From NCBI GenBank assembly GCA_963752505.1, contig CAVVYM010000008.1:65720-129719 (forward strand): DNA of 64,000 nucleotides. Direction: 5' to 3'. The position numbers and the translations under genes are program-made. Each line of letters starts with the position of its first letter. Position 1 is the stretch's first letter. Source of the stretch: an uncultured Actinomycetes bacterium (GTDB lineage Bacteria > Actinomycetota > Actinomycetes > S36-B12 > UBA10799). Positions 53,652 to 64,000 of the stretch are shown here, one piece after another. The notes under the pieces are model-generated. The model saw nothing but the letters and a program-made list of their open reading frames with translations. It was not told the DNA's origin and ran no database searches.

Positions 53652-54217
53652 CAGGCGCTCCTCCCAGCCGCTTGCGCGCGCAGCATGGCTGCGGGGGCGA
53701 CGTCCTCGAGGGGCAAGCCGCGACGGGCCGCAACCTGTTCGGGCCGCTCGAGTGCCTTGAGACCCGCCACCGTGGCGTGCACGATGTTGATGGCGTTGTC
53801 GGAGCCGAGCGACTTGCTCAGCACGTCGGCGATGCCGGCGCACTCGAGCACTGCGCGAACGGCGCCGCCCGCGATCACACCGGTACCGGGCGAGGCCGGA
53901 CGCAGCAAGACAACCGCCGCGCAGTCCTCACCGGTCACGGGGTGGGGAATGGTGCCCTGAATCCGGGGCACCTTGAAGAAGTTCTTCTTCGCCTCTTCCA
54001 CACCCTTGGCAATGGCCGCGGGTACTTCCTTTGCTTTGCCGTAGCCGACGCCGACCGTGCCGTCGCCGTCACCGACCACAACCAGGGCGGTGAAGCTGAA
54101 GCGTCGACCACCCTTGACCACCTTGGCGACGCGGTTGATCGCAACCACGCGCTCAAGGAATTGGCTCTTCTCGGCGCCGCGGGAGTCCCGGCCCCCGCTC
54201 CTGCGCTGTGCAGCCAT
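53651..54217 (-). CDS. rpsE: 30S ribosomal protein S5
   Basis: 188 aa (...[32 protein letters not shown]...). Confidence 0.97.
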   Translation of the reverse strand: MAAQRRSGGRDSRGAEKSQFLERVVAINRVAKVVKGGRRFSFTALVVVGDGDGTVGVGYGKAKEVPAAIAKGVEEAKKNFFKVPRIQGTIPHPVTGEDCAAVVLLRPASPGTGVIAGGAVRAVLECAGIADVLSKSLGSDNAINIVHATVAGLKALERPEQVAARRGLPLEDVAPAAMLRAQAAGRSA

Positions 54218-54266
54218 CGTGTACGTACCTCTTTCGTCTCGTCGTGTGCGTAGTCTCGGCCGGGCG

Positions 54267-54641
54267 CTACAGCGTCAGGCCGGCTTCGCGGGCACCGTCT
54301 GCCAGAGCAGCGACCCGACCTGCGTAGCGGTTGCCACCGCGGTCGAAGACGACGGTGTCGACTCCGACGGACTTGGCGCGTTCGGCAACAAGCTCTCCGA
54401 CGCGGCGTGCCTTGGCTTTCTTGTCTCCGTCCAGGGCGCGAAGATCCGCTTCCATCGATGACGCCGACGCCAGCGTAACGCCTGCGGTGTCGTCGATGAC
54501 CTGCGCGACCACGTGCTTGGCCGAGCGGAAGACCGCCAGGCGAGGACGCGCCGCCGAACCGTTGATGTGCTTGCGAACCCGGGTGTGCCGTCGAGCTCGC
54601 CCGGCGGCACGTGGGTTGGATGAGTGCTTGGTGTGGGCCAT
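54267..54641 (-). CDS. rplR: 50S ribosomal protein L18
   Basis: 124 aa (...[20 protein letters not shown]...[24 protein letters not shown]). Confidence 0.96.
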   Translation of the reverse strand: MAHTKHSSNPRAAGRARRHTRVRKHINGSAARPRLAVFRSAKHVVAQVIDDTAGVTLASASSMEADLRALDGDKKAKARRVGELVAERAKSVGVDTVVFDRGGNRYAGRVAALADGAREAGLTL

Positions 54642-54644
54642 GGC

Positions 54645-55181
54645 CTACTTACCCGCCTTTCCGGCCTTGCGACGGATCACCTCGTCCGCATACCGCACGC
54701 CCTTGCCCTTGTAGGGGTCCAGCTTGCGGATCTTGCGGATCTTGGCGGCAATCTCGCCGACTTGCTGCTTGTCGATGCCCGTGATGGTGAATTTGGTGGG
54801 GGCCTCGACTCCGAATTGGATGCCCTCCGGCGCCTTCACAAGCACCGGGTGGCTGTAGCCGAGGGAGAACTCGAGATCCGAGCCCTTGGCGACCACGCGG
54901 TAGCCGGTGCCGGAGATCTCCATCTTCTTGGAGTAGCCCTCTGTAACGCCGATGATCATGTTGTTGACCAGCGATCGGGTGAGGCCGTGAAGTGCGCGGT
55001 TGCGGCGCTCGTCGTTGGGTCGCGAGACCACGACGCTGCCGTCGTCGAGCGCAACCTTGATGGGCTCGACGACCGTGAGGTCGAGGTTGCCCTTGGGGCC
55101 GGTGACCTTCAGCAGCTGACCGTCGATGTCCACCGTCACGCCGTTGGGCACGGGGATTGGCAAACGTCCGATTCGAGACAT
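54645..55181 (-). CDS. rplF: 50S ribosomal protein L6
   Basis: 178 aa ([31 protein letters not shown]...). Confidence 0.97.
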   Translation of the reverse strand: MSRIGRLPIPVPNGVTVDIDGQLLKVTGPKGNLDLTVVEPIKVALDDGSVVVSRPNDERRNRALHGLTRSLVNNMIIGVTEGYSKKMEISGTGYRVVAKGSDLEFSLGYSHPVLVKAPEGIQFGVEAPTKFTITGIDKQQVGEIAAKIRKIRKLDPYKGKGVRYADEVIRRKAGKAGK

Positions 55182-55197
55182 GGTGTCTATGCTCCTC

Positions 55198-55596
55198 TCA
55201 CCAGACGTAGGCGAGGACTTCCCCGCCTACACCCTGTGCCGCCGCCTGGCGGTCTGTGAGCAGACCCGCCGAGGTCGAAATGATCGCGATTCCGAGGCCA
55301 CCAAGCACCTTGGGCATGCCCGTGCTCTTCGCGTACACGCGCAGTCCGGGCTTGCTCACACGGCGGATGCCTGCGATGGAGCGCTCCCGGCTGGGGCCGT
55401 ACTTCATCTGCACCGACAGCGTCTTGCCCACGCGGGCGTCCGACACGTCAAATCCTGCAACGTAGCCCTCGGACACCAGAATCTTGGCGATGCCCTCCTT
55501 CAACTTGGAGTGCGGCATCGAAACGGTGTCGTGGTAGGCGGTGCTGCCGTTGCGCAGACGCGACAGCATGTCTGCGATGGGGTCAGTCATGGTCAT
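55198..55596 (-). CDS. rpsH: 30S ribosomal protein S8
   Basis: 132 aa ([17 protein letters not shown]...GGEVLAYVW). Confidence 0.97.
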   Translation of the reverse strand: MTMTDPIADMLSRLRNGSTAYHDTVSMPHSKLKEGIAKILVSEGYVAGFDVSDARVGKTLSVQMKYGPSRERSIAGIRRVSKPGLRVYAKSTGMPKVLGGLGIAIISTSAGLLTDRQAAAQGVGGEVLAYVW

Positions 55597-55719
55597 GGTT
55601 GGCCGGTCTTCTTTCTCACTGTGGTTTCGCCCTGCCCGGGTTGCGGGCGTGGAGACCTTCAGCGTGGTGGGTCGGTTGGTGGCCGCACTGCGCGGGTGCG
55701 CAGGGCTGCCGATGAGTTG

Positions 55720-55905
55720 TTACCAGGAGCTCTTGGTGACGCCTGGCAGTTCGCCGCGGTGGGCCATCTCCCGAAGGCACACGCGACAGAGGCCGAACTT
55801 GCGGTACACCGAGTGCGGCCGGCCGCAGCGGGTGCAGCGGGTGTAGGCGCGCACCTTGAACTTGGGAGTGCTGTTGGCCTTGTTGATCAATGCCTTCTTC
55901 GCCAC
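55720..55905 (-). CDS. rpsN: 30S ribosomal protein S14, 61-aa zinc-binding (type Z) form
   Basis: [61 protein letters not shown], with two CxxC pairs. Confidence 0.96.
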   Translation of the reverse strand: MAKKALINKANSTPKFKVRAYTRCTRCGRPHSVYRKFGLCRVCLREMAHRGELPGVTKSSW

Positions 55906-55909
55906 GTGC

Positions 55910-56482
55910 TCACTTCTCCTTGAACGGGAAACCGAGCATGCGCAGCAGCGCCCGGCCCTGGTCGTCAGTCACTGCCGTCGTCACCACTGTGACGTCCATG
56001 CCGCGAGTGCGGTCAATCGAGTCCTGGTCGATCTCTGGGAACACCACCTGCTCGGTCAAGCCGAACGTGTAGTTGCCGTTCCCGTCGAACTGCTTGGGCG
56101 ACAGGCCGCGGAAGTCGCGAATACGTGGCAGGGCCACACTCACGAGGCGGTCGAGGAACTCCCACATGCGGTCCCCGCGAAGGGTGGTGTGAGCGCCGAT
56201 CGGCATTCCTTCCCGCAGCTTGAACTGCGCGATGGACTTGCGTGCGCGCGTCACCTGGGGCTTCTGCCCGGTGATGGTGGCGAGGTCGCGCACAGCGCCA
56301 TCGATCACCTTCGAATCACGGGCGGCGTCGCCGACACCCATGTTGACGACGACCTTAACCACGCCGGGAACCTGCATCACGTTGGCCAGGTCGAACTCCG
56401 ACTGCAACTCGGGCCGAATGGTCTCGAGGTACTTCTGCTTGAGCCGCGGCATCGTCCGCTGCTCGTCGAGGCTGGTGGTCAT
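55910..56482 (-). CDS. rplE: 50S ribosomal protein L5
   Basis: About 190 aa ([26 protein letters not shown]...). The start is the ATG at 56482, with an alternative GTG at 56485 that overlaps the rplX stop. Confidence 0.96.
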   Translation of the reverse strand: MTTSLDEQRTMPRLKQKYLETIRPELQSEFDLANVMQVPGVVKVVVNMGVGDAARDSKVIDGAVRDLATITGQKPQVTRARKSIAQFKLREGMPIGAHTTLRGDRMWEFLDRLVSVALPRIRDFRGLSPKQFDGNGNYTFGLTEQVVFPEIDQDSIDRTRGMDVTVVTTAVTDDQGRALLRMLGFPFKEK

Positions 56483-56841
56483 CACACGTCCTTACCGCTG
56501 CGTCGACCGACTCGAACCCGCCGGGTAGCTTCCCGGGTGGTTCCGTCGGCACGAGTCTTCTCTACTGTCTCCTCGCGGCTGCCCACCCGCGTGGCCTTGC
56601 CGTCGCCGTCCACCAACATGACGTTGGAGACGTGGACTGCCGCCTCTTTGGTGATGAGTCCGCCTTCGCGGGCACCGCCCTGGCCGGGCGTGACCCGTTG
56701 GTGGCGCACCACTCGGTTGACGCCTTCAACAAGCACCCGGTTGGTTTCCGGGTACACCTTGAGGACGGTGCCCTCAAGGCCCTTGTCCTTGCCGGCGCGG
56801 ACGAGCACAGTGTCGCCGGCCTTGATTTTCATCTTGGCCAT
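56482..56841 (-). CDS. rplX: 50S ribosomal protein L24
   Basis: 119 aa ([21 protein letters not shown]...). Confidence 0.96.
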   Translation of the reverse strand: MAKMKIKAGDTVLVRAGKDKGLEGTVLKVYPETNRVLVEGVNRVVRHQRVTPGQGGAREGGLITKEAAVHVSNVMLVDGDGKATRVGSREETVEKTRADGTTREATRRVRVGRRSGKDV

Positions 56842-56843
56842 GC

Positions 56844-57212
56844 TTAGAGCACCTCCGGGGCTAGCGAAATGATCTTCATGAAGCGCTTGTCGCGCAGCTC
56901 GCGCCCGACCGGGCCGAAGATGCGCGTGCCGCGAGGCTCACCGTCGTTCTTGAGCACGACGGCCGCGTTCTCGTCGAATCGGATGTACGAACCGTCGGTC
57001 CGGCGGGTCTGCTTGCGCACGCGCACCACAACCGCCTTGACGACGTCGCCCTTCTTCACGTTGCCGCCCGGAATGGCGTCCTTCACGCTGCACACAATCG
57101 TGTCGCCGATGCCCGCGTAGCGGCGGCCGGAACCGCCGAGCACGCGAATCACCAGCAACTCCTTGGCACCGGTGTTGTCCGCCACCCGAAGGCGGGACTC
57201 CTGCTGAATCAT
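56844..57212 (-). CDS. rplN: 50S ribosomal protein L14
   Basis: 122 aa ([28 protein letters not shown]...). Confidence 0.98.
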   Translation of the reverse strand: MIQQESRLRVADNTGAKELLVIRVLGGSGRRYAGIGDTIVCSVKDAIPGGNVKKGDVVKAVVVRVRKQTRRTDGSYIRFDENAAVVLKNDGEPRGTRIFGPVGRELRDKRFMKIISLAPEVL

Positions 57213-57219
57213 TGGTTCC

Positions 57220-57498
57220 TCACTTGGCCTTTTCGAGGATCTCGACGACGCGCCAGCGCTTGGTGGCCGACAGCGGTCGCGTCTCCATGAGGAGCACGCG
57301 GTCGCCGACGCCGCACTCGTTGGCCTCGTCGTGAGCCTTCAACTTCGAGGTGCGGCGTACGACCTTGCCGTACAGCGCGTGCTTGAAGCGGTCCTCGACG
57401 GCGACCACGACGGTCTTGTCCATCTTGTCGGACACCACGAGGCCCTCGCGGACCTTGCGATCGCCGCGTTCGGCGGCAGTTGTGGCCTTGTCGCTCAT
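57220..57498 (-). CDS. rpsQ: 30S ribosomal protein S17
   Basis: 92 aa (...[31 protein letters not shown]...). Confidence 0.96.
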   Translation of the reverse strand: MSDKATTAAERGDRKVREGLVVSDKMDKTVVVAVEDRFKHALYGKVVRRTSKLKAHDEANECGVGDRVLLMETRPLSATKRWRVVEILEKAK

Positions 57499-57728
57499 GC
57501 CGCACCCTCCGTCTCGGTGACGATGCCGAGCTCGCGCTCGCGCATCACTGTGTAAATGCGTGCGATGTCCTTGCGCACCGCACGAAGCCTGCTGTGGTTG
57601 TCCAGCTGACCGGTAGCCGCTTGGAAGCGCAGGTTGAACAGCTCCTCCTTGGCTTCCTTCAGCCGGGTCACCAGGTCATCGGTGTCCAGCGAACGAAGGT
57701 CTGCGACCGCGCTCGAATTCTGTGTCAT
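57495..57728 (-). CDS. rpmC: 50S ribosomal protein L29
   Basis: 77 aa (...[32 protein letters not shown]...). Confidence 0.95.
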   Translation of the reverse strand: MTQNSSAVADLRSLDTDDLVTRLKEAKEELFNLRFQAATGQLDNHSRLRAVRKDIARIYTVMRERELGIVTETEGAA

Positions 57729-58147
57729 CAGTCCTCACTCACTTCGCGCCGAACGATCCGGCACTTCATGGGCAGCTTGTGGGCGGCTCGAGTGAGCGCT
57801 TCCTGGGCTGTCGTCTCATTCGGGTAGGTCAACTCGAACATCACTCGTCCGGGCTTGACATTGGCCACCCACCACTCCGGTGATCCCTTACCGGAACCCA
57901 TGCGGGTTTCGGCAGGCTTCTTGGTCAGCGGGCGGTCCGGGTAGATGTTGATCCAGACCTTGCCGCCGCGTCGGATGTGACGGGTGATGGCAATACGGGC
58001 GGATTCGATCTGCCGGTTGGTCACGTAGGCGGGCTCGACAGCTTGCAGGCCCCACTCGCCGAACGTCACTCGGTTGCCACCTTTGGACATTCCCGAGCGC
58101 TTGGGGTGGTGCTGCTTGCGGTACTTGACCCTGCGCGGGATGAGCAT
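57728..58147 (-). CDS. rplP: 50S ribosomal protein L16
   Basis: 139 aa ([24 protein letters not shown]...). Confidence 0.97.
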   Translation of the reverse strand: MLIPRRVKYRKQHHPKRSGMSKGGNRVTFGEWGLQAVEPAYVTNRQIESARIAITRHIRRGGKVWINIYPDRPLTKKPAETRMGSGKGSPEWWVANVKPGRVMFELTYPNETTAQEALTRAAHKLPMKCRIVRREVSED

Positions 58148-58153
58148 TGTGCC

Positions 58154-58939
58154 TCAGCCCTCCGATCCGGTCGATGCAGTCGTGGTCTCGTTGCTCCGAC
58201 GGCCACCGCGACGATCGCCGCGGTCGCGGCCACCGCGACGCCCACCTGGCGGGCCGCTGCGCGTGCGGGCAGCCTGCTGGGCGCGACGCTCTTCAGGATT
58301 CGTCGACACCTCGCCGTGGTAGATCCACACCTTCACGCCGATCTGTCCGAAGGTCGTGCGGGCCTCGTAGAAGCCGTACTGGATGTCGGCGCGCAGCGTG
58401 TGCAGCGGCACCCGGCCTTCGCGGTAGAACTCGGTGCGGCTCATCTCGGCACCACCGAGACGACCGGACACCTGCACGCGGATGCCTTGGGCGCCAGCCT
58501 TCATGGCGCTCTGCATCGCCTTGCGCATGGCCCGCCGGAACGACACCCGGCTGGCGAGCTGCTCAGCCACGCCCTGCGCGACCAACTGGGCATCCACCTC
58601 GGGGTTCTTCACCTCGTGAATGTTCAGCTGCACCTGCTTGCCGGTGAGTTTGTCGAGCTTGCCGCGCATGCGCTCGGCCTCAGTACCCTGCCGACCGATG
58701 ACGATGCCGGGGCGCGCGGTCCAGATGTCGACGCGCACGCGGTCCCGGGTGCGCTCGATCTCCACCTTCGCGATGCCGGCGCGGGCGAGTTCGCCCGTAA
58801 TGAGGCGACGAATCTTGACGTCTTCCTCGACATAGTCGCGGTAGCGCTGACCCGGCTTGGTGCTGTCGGCGAACCAGCGGGAGTTGAAGTCCGCTGTGAT
58901 TCCAAGGCGGAAGCCGTTGGGATTGATCTTCTGGCCCAT
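58154..58939 (-). CDS. rpsC: 30S ribosomal protein S3 with Arg/Gly-rich tail
   Basis: 261 aa from the ATG at 58939 ([14 protein letters not shown]...). 15 upstream codons of the track ORF were trimmed. Confidence 0.97.
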   Translation of the reverse strand: MGQKINPNGFRLGITADFNSRWFADSTKPGQRYRDYVEEDVKIRRLITGELARAGIAKVEIERTRDRVRVDIWTARPGIVIGRQGTEAERMRGKLDKLTGKQVQLNIHEVKNPEVDAQLVAQGVAEQLASRVSFRRAMRKAMQSAMKAGAQGIRVQVSGRLGGAEMSRTEFYREGRVPLHTLRADIQYGFYEARTTFGQIGVKVWIYHGEVSTNPEERRAQQAARTRSGPPGGRRGGRDRGDRRGGRRSNETTTASTGSEG

Positions 58940-58943
58940 ACGT

Positions 58944-59297
58944 CTAGTCCTTCTTCCGTGTGCTGGTTCCCGGCTCCACCACAACCGTGATGTGGCTGGT
59001 GCGCTTCCGAATCCGGTACGCCCGACCCTGTGCCCGCGGACGAAACCGCTTCATGGTCGGTCCCTCGTCCACAAACGCTTCGCGCACCACCAAGGTGGCC
59101 GGATCGAGTTGGTGATTGTGGGCGGCATTGGCAACGGCGCTGTCGAGCACCTTGCCCACCGGCTCGCTCGCGGATTGCGGGCTGAACCGCAGCAACGCCT
59201 GCGCTTCTGCCACTGGCAGCCCGCGAATGAGGTCCACCACTCGGCGGGCCTTCATGGGCGTGACGCGGACGTACCGCGCCTGGGCCCTGGCTTCCAT
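58944..59297 (-). CDS. rplV: 50S ribosomal protein L22
   Basis: 117 aa ([26 protein letters not shown]...). Confidence 0.97.
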   Translation of the reverse strand: MEARAQARYVRVTPMKARRVVDLIRGLPVAEAQALLRFSPQSASEPVGKVLDSAVANAAHNHQLDPATLVVREAFVDEGPTMKRFRPRAQGRAYRIRKRTSHITVVVEPGTSTRKKD

Positions 59298-59393
59298 CCT
59301 TGCTCCCTCGTCGTGCGTGAATGTCGTGCTTGCGTGAAATGTGTTGAGCGCGCAGATTGCCCTGGGGGTCTATCTGGCGACGACTTTCAGCCG

Positions 59394-59675
59394 TTAGCGG
59401 CGTCGAGCCTTGCGGTCATCTTTGACGTGGCCGCGGAAAGTGCGGGTCGGCGCGAACTCGCCGAGCTTGTGGCCAATCATGTTCTCGGAGATGAATACCG
59501 GAACGTGCTTGCGGCCGTCGTGCACCGCGATGGTGTGGCCCAGCATCTCAGGTGTGACCATCGATCGCCGTGACCAGGTCTTGATCACGTTGTGGGTTCC
59601 GTTCGCGTTCTGCTCCTCCACCTTCTTGGCGAGGTGGTCGTCGACGAAGGGACCCTTCTTCAAACTACGCGGCAT
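59394..59675 (-). CDS. rpsS: 30S ribosomal protein S19
   Basis: 93 aa ([15 protein letters not shown]...[16 protein letters not shown]...). Confidence 0.97.
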   Translation of the reverse strand: MPRSLKKGPFVDDHLAKKVEEQNANGTHNVIKTWSRRSMVTPEMLGHTIAVHDGRKHVPVFISENMIGHKLGEFAPTRTFRGHVKDDRKARRR

Positions 59676-59689
59676 GCTCAGTCGTCTCC

Positions 59690-60526
59690 TTAGCGCTTCT
59701 TGCCGGTCTTGCGGCGGCGCACGATGTACTTGTCGGAAGGCTTGTTCTTGGCGCGGGTGCGACCTTCGGGCTTGCCGGCGGGGTTCACCGGGTGACGGCC
59801 ACCGGACGTCTTACCTTCACCACCACCGTGCGGGTGATCCACCGGGTTCATGGCCACGCCGCGCACCGTCGGGCGCTTGCCCTTCCAGCGCATGCGGCCA
59901 GCCTTGCCCCAGCTGATGTTCGACTGCTCGGCGTTGCCAACCTCGCCCACCGTTGCGCGGCAACGAAGGTCGACGTTGCGGATTTCGCCGGAGGGCATGC
60001 GCAGTTGCGCGTAGGGACCATCCTTGGCCACCAGTTGCACGCTGGCACCCGCCGAGCGGGCGATCTTGGCGCCACCGCCGGGGCGCAGTTCCACCGCGTG
60101 CACGACGGTACCCGTCGGGATGTTGCGCAGCGGAAGGTTATTGCCCGGCTTGATGTCGGCACTCGGACCGGTCTCCACGCGAGCGCCCTGGCGCAACTTG
60201 GTGGGGGCCAGGATGTACCGCTTGTCGCCATCGGCGAAGTGCAGCAAGGCGATTCGGGCGGTGCGGTTCGGGTCGTACTCGATGTGAGCGACCTTGGCCG
60301 GCACCCCGTCCTTGTCGGCCCGACGGAAGTCGATCACCCGGTACTGCCGCTTGTGCCCACCACCGTGATGGCGAGTGGTGATGCGCCCGGAGGCGTTACG
60401 GCCACCACTCTTGGGCAACGGCTTGACCAGGCTCTTCTCCGGCGTCGAGCGGGTGACCTCGACGAAGTCGGCCACGCTGGAGCCACGCCGGCCCGGTGTG
60501 GTCGGCTTGTACTTTCGGATTCCCAT
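59690..60526 (-). CDS. rplB: 50S ribosomal protein L2
   Basis: 278 aa ([18 protein letters not shown]...[12 protein letters not shown]...). Confidence 0.98.
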   Translation of the reverse strand: MGIRKYKPTTPGRRGSSVADFVEVTRSTPEKSLVKPLPKSGGRNASGRITTRHHGGGHKRQYRVIDFRRADKDGVPAKVAHIEYDPNRTARIALLHFADGDKRYILAPTKLRQGARVETGPSADIKPGNNLPLRNIPTGTVVHAVELRPGGGAKIARSAGASVQLVAKDGPYAQLRMPSGEIRNVDLRCRATVGEVGNAEQSNISWGKAGRMRWKGKRPTVRGVAMNPVDHPHGGGEGKTSGGRHPVNPAGKPEGRTRAKNKPSDKYIVRRRKTGKKR

Positions 60527-60563
60527 GTCTGCTCGTCTCTACGCTGTCTGGACGCGACCGCTG

Positions 60564-60863
60564 CTAGGCGGCCGGCCCTCCGAAGATGTCGATCCGCTCG
60601 CCTGCTGCGACGGACACGATGGCGCGCTTGGTGGCGGGGCGTCGGCCATAGCCGGTTCGCGTCCGCACCCGCTTGCCGGGTCGGTTAATGGTGTTCACAC
60701 CGGTGACGTGAACGCCGAACACCTGCTCGACCGCGATCTTGATCTGGGTCTTGTTGGCGTCCGGGCGCACCAGGAAGGTGTACTTGTTCTCGTCCAGGAG
60801 GCTGTAGCTCTTCTCTGACACGACAGGCGCCAGGAGCACGTCGCGGGGGTCGGCGATCCTCAC
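60564..60863 (-). CDS. rplW: 50S ribosomal protein L23
   Basis: 99 aa (...[30 protein letters not shown]...). Confidence 0.96.
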   Translation of the reverse strand: MRIADPRDVLLAPVVSEKSYSLLDENKYTFLVRPDANKTQIKIAVEQVFGVHVTGVNTINRPGKRVRTRTGYGRRPATKRAIVSVAAGERIDIFGGPAA

Positions 60864-61504
60864 TATGCACTCTCCTTCACTGCTGCCCGATCGAGGAAAT
60901 CGGCCAGTGCGCCGGCGGTGAAGACCACGTCGTCACTCACCAGCACGTCGTAGGTGTTGAGCTGTTCAGGCGACAGGACGTGCACGCCTGCGATGTTCCG
61001 CAACGACTTCCAGCCGTTCTCGTCGGAACGCTGCACCACGAAGAGCACGTTGGGCCGCTCCGTCAAGGAGCGCACCGCGGTCGCCGCGGCCTTCGCCGAT
61101 GGGGTGTCGGAGTCGACGACGGCGCTGACGACGTGGATCCGGTCGTGCCGGGCGCGGTCGCTGAGAGCGCCGCGCAGAGCGGCAGCCTTCATCTTCTTCG
61201 GCGTGCGCTGGGAGTAGGAACGCGGCGTCGGGCCGTGCACGGTGCCGCCGCCCACGAACTGCGGGGCACGGGTCGAACCCTGGCGGGCGCGGCCGGTGCC
61301 CTTCTGCTTGTAGGGCTTCCTGCCACCACCGCGAACTTCACCGCGCGACTTGGCGTCGTGCGTGCCCTGGCGGGCGGCGGCCAGTTGCGCGACGACCACC
61401 TGGTGGATCAGCGGCACGTTGGCTTGAACTTCGAAGACGCCGGCCGGCAATTCAGCCGTCCCGTCGGTCCCGCCGCTCGGGGTGTGGATGTCTACCTGTG
61501 TCAT
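60863..61504 (-). CDS. rplD: 50S ribosomal protein L4
   Basis: 213 aa from the ATG at 61504 ([12 protein letters not shown]...[19 protein letters not shown]...). It starts 1 nt after the rplC stop. Confidence 0.96.
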   Translation of the reverse strand: MTQVDIHTPSGGTDGTAELPAGVFEVQANVPLIHQVVVAQLAAARQGTHDAKSRGEVRGGGRKPYKQKGTGRARQGSTRAPQFVGGGTVHGPTPRSYSQRTPKKMKAAALRGALSDRARHDRIHVVSAVVDSDTPSAKAAATAVRSLTERPNVLFVVQRSDENGWKSLRNIAGVHVLSPEQLNTYDVLVSDDVVFTAGALADFLDRAAVKESA

Positions 61505-61505
61505 G

Positions 61506-62150
61506 TCATGCCCCCTTCGCAGCGGAGCGAACGAACACCACGGTGCCGCGAGGCCCGGGCACAGCCCCACGAACGAGGATGTATCCGCGCTCGGTGTCGA
61601 TTGCCTGGACGGTCAGGTTTTGGGTGGTTTGGCGAACATGCCCCATGCGACCGGACATGCGCAGCCCCTTGAAGACCCGGCCCGGGGTGGCGCAGCCACC
61701 AATGGATCCCGGCGAACGGTGCTTGCGCTGCACACCGTGGGAGGCGCGCAGACCGTGGAAGCCGTGGCGCTTCATGACACCGGCGTAGCCCTTGCCCTTG
61801 GTGGTACCGGAGACGTCCACCTTCTGGCCGGCCTCGAAGGTGTCGGCGGTGATGGTCTGCCCGATCTCGTAGGTCGTGGCATCGTCGGTGCGTAGTTCAA
61901 TCAGGTACCGCTGCGGCGCCACGCCGGCCTTGGCGAAGTGCCCGGTCTCAGGCTTGTTCACCCGTCGCGGGTCAACCTGGCCATAGCCGATCTGCACCGC
62001 GTCGTAGCCGTCGGTCTCAGGGGTGCGGATCTGGGTCACTACGCACGGCCCAGCCTGGATGACCGTCACCGGCACTACCCGGTTTGACTCATCCCACACC
62101 TGGGTCATGCCGAGCTTGGTGCCCAGAATGCCCTTGCGTTGCTCAGTCAC
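61506..62150 (-). CDS. rplC: 50S ribosomal protein L3
   Basis: 214 aa from the GTG at 62150 ([21 protein letters not shown]...). 30 upstream codons of the track ORF were trimmed. Confidence 0.96.
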   Translation of the reverse strand: MTEQRKGILGTKLGMTQVWDESNRVVPVTVIQAGPCVVTQIRTPETDGYDAVQIGYGQVDPRRVNKPETGHFAKAGVAPQRYLIELRTDDATTYEIGQTITADTFEAGQKVDVSGTTKGKGYAGVMKRHGFHGLRASHGVQRKHRSPGSIGGCATPGRVFKGLRMSGRMGHVRQTTQNLTVQAIDTERGYILVRGAVPGPRGTVVFVRSAAKGA

Positions 62151-62160
62151 GTGTACGTCC

Positions 62161-62469
62161 TTACAACTTGATCTCGATGTCGACACCGGCGGGCAGGTCG
62201 AGGCGCATAAGCGAATCAACCGTCTTCGGCGTCGGCTCAAGGATGTCGATGAGTCGTTTGTGCGTGCGCATCTCGAAGTGCTCGCGGCTGTCCTTGTACT
62301 TGTGGGGCGAGCGGATGACGCAGTACACGTTCTTCTCGGTCGGCAGCGGCACTGGTCCCTTGACCTGCGCGCCGGTGCGAGTCACCGTCTCGACGATCTT
62401 GCGTGCCGACGAGTCAATGACCTCGTGGTCGTAGGCCTTGAGCCGGATGCGGATCTTTTGTCCCGCCAT
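62161..62469 (-). CDS. rpsJ: 30S ribosomal protein S10
   Basis: 102 aa ([29 protein letters not shown]...). Confidence 0.98.
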   Translation of the reverse strand: MAGQKIRIRLKAYDHEVIDSSARKIVETVTRTGAQVKGPVPLPTEKNVYCVIRSPHKYKDSREHFEMRTHKRLIDILEPTPKTVDSLMRLDLPAGVDIEIKL

Positions 62470-62526
62470 TGGGCTATTTCCTTCGCTTCCTAATGCCGCT
62501 GATGATGGTTTGGTGTGGGCCAGACC

Positions 62527-62557
62527 AGTCCCCGCCGGCCGTTGACCGGCGGGGACT
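62527..62557 (-). terminator. hairpin terminator/attenuator downstream of tuf
   Basis: Perfect 12-bp stem AGTCCCCGCCGG / CCGGCGGGGACT with a 7-nt loop, 14 nt after the tuf stop. There is no clear U-tract, which is common in high-GC actinobacteria. Confidence 0.6.
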
Positions 62558-62571
62558 GAACCCAGTTGGTG

Positions 62572-63765
<1,194 letters not shown>

Positions 63766-63887
63766 TTCGGGTCCTCCTAGACCTCTAGAATTCGGCCGTC
63801 CCCCAGTGCTGGGGGGTTGTGGCCCTTACTTAGTTGTTGGGTTGTTCGGAACTGATGGCGACGCGGCTGCGCCACCGAGCGCGAGGA

Positions 63888-64000
63888 TTACTCCCCGCGA
63901 GCCTTTGCGATGATCTCCTCCGAGACGCTCTTGGGAACCTCTGCGTAGGAGTCGAACTGCATAGAGTAGCTGGCCCGTCCCTGCGTCTTGCTGCGCAGGT
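63888..64000 (-). CDS. fusA: elongation factor G, 3' end (partial, continues beyond the window)
   Basis: The minus-strand translation ends ...[10 protein letters not shown] followed by TAA at 63888-63890. This is the canonical position upstream of tuf. Confidence 0.85.
   Translation of the reverse strand, partial: LRSKTQGRASYSMQFDSYAEVPKSVSEEIIAKARGE

Overview
This is a high-GC actinobacterial chromosomal core segment, and almost all of it is transcribed on the minus strand. Read along the minus strand from the high-coordinate end, the gene order is as follows. First come the fusA 3' end and tuf. Then the contiguous S10/spc/alpha ribosomal clusters: rpsJ to rplO, secY-adk-map, and infA-rpmJ-rpsM-rpsK-rpsD-rpoA-rplQ-truA. 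Next is a tightly packed, often 4-nt-overlapping run of rplM-rpsI, glmM-glmS-nnr-alr, a hydrolase, then tsaE-tsaB-rimI-tsaD. After that come groES-groEL behind two tandem CIRCE operators, a WhiD/WhiB3-type whiB gene (plus strand), a three-gene regulator unit, guaB plus guaB3, an aldehyde dehydrogenase, a ChoD-like GMC oxidoreductase, guaA, pcrA, an M23 peptidase, sucCD, a PerM-like gene with purN-purH, and a DUF606 transporter with folD and a DUF3017-like gene. As far as I recall, this order mirrors Streptomyces and Mycobacterium. I found no rRNA, tRNA or CRISPR. Several things depart from the conserved backbone. (1) A MerR regulator carries the CarH/LitR-type B12 photoreceptor signature (Wx9EH, plus a His 35 residues later). 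It is co-directional and tightly spaced with an uncharacterised helical-repeat protein and a BldM-like orphan response regulator, and divergent from whiD. (2) guaB is split by a single-nucleotide frameshift. (3) A structured 5' leader upstream of the M23 peptidase resembles a c-di-AMP (ydaO) riboswitch. (4) An LMW-PTP/ArsC-fold protein has Asp in place of its catalytic Cys. (5) A 3-kb accessory insertion lies between infA and map. It holds a translationally coupled GNAT and ATP-grasp pair plus a DUF222-HNH endonuclease gene. (6) An alpha/beta hydrolase and a 24-bp-stem terminator are inserted between rplO and secY. All family assignments come from reading the supplied translations and from remembered family motifs. 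No database search was run.
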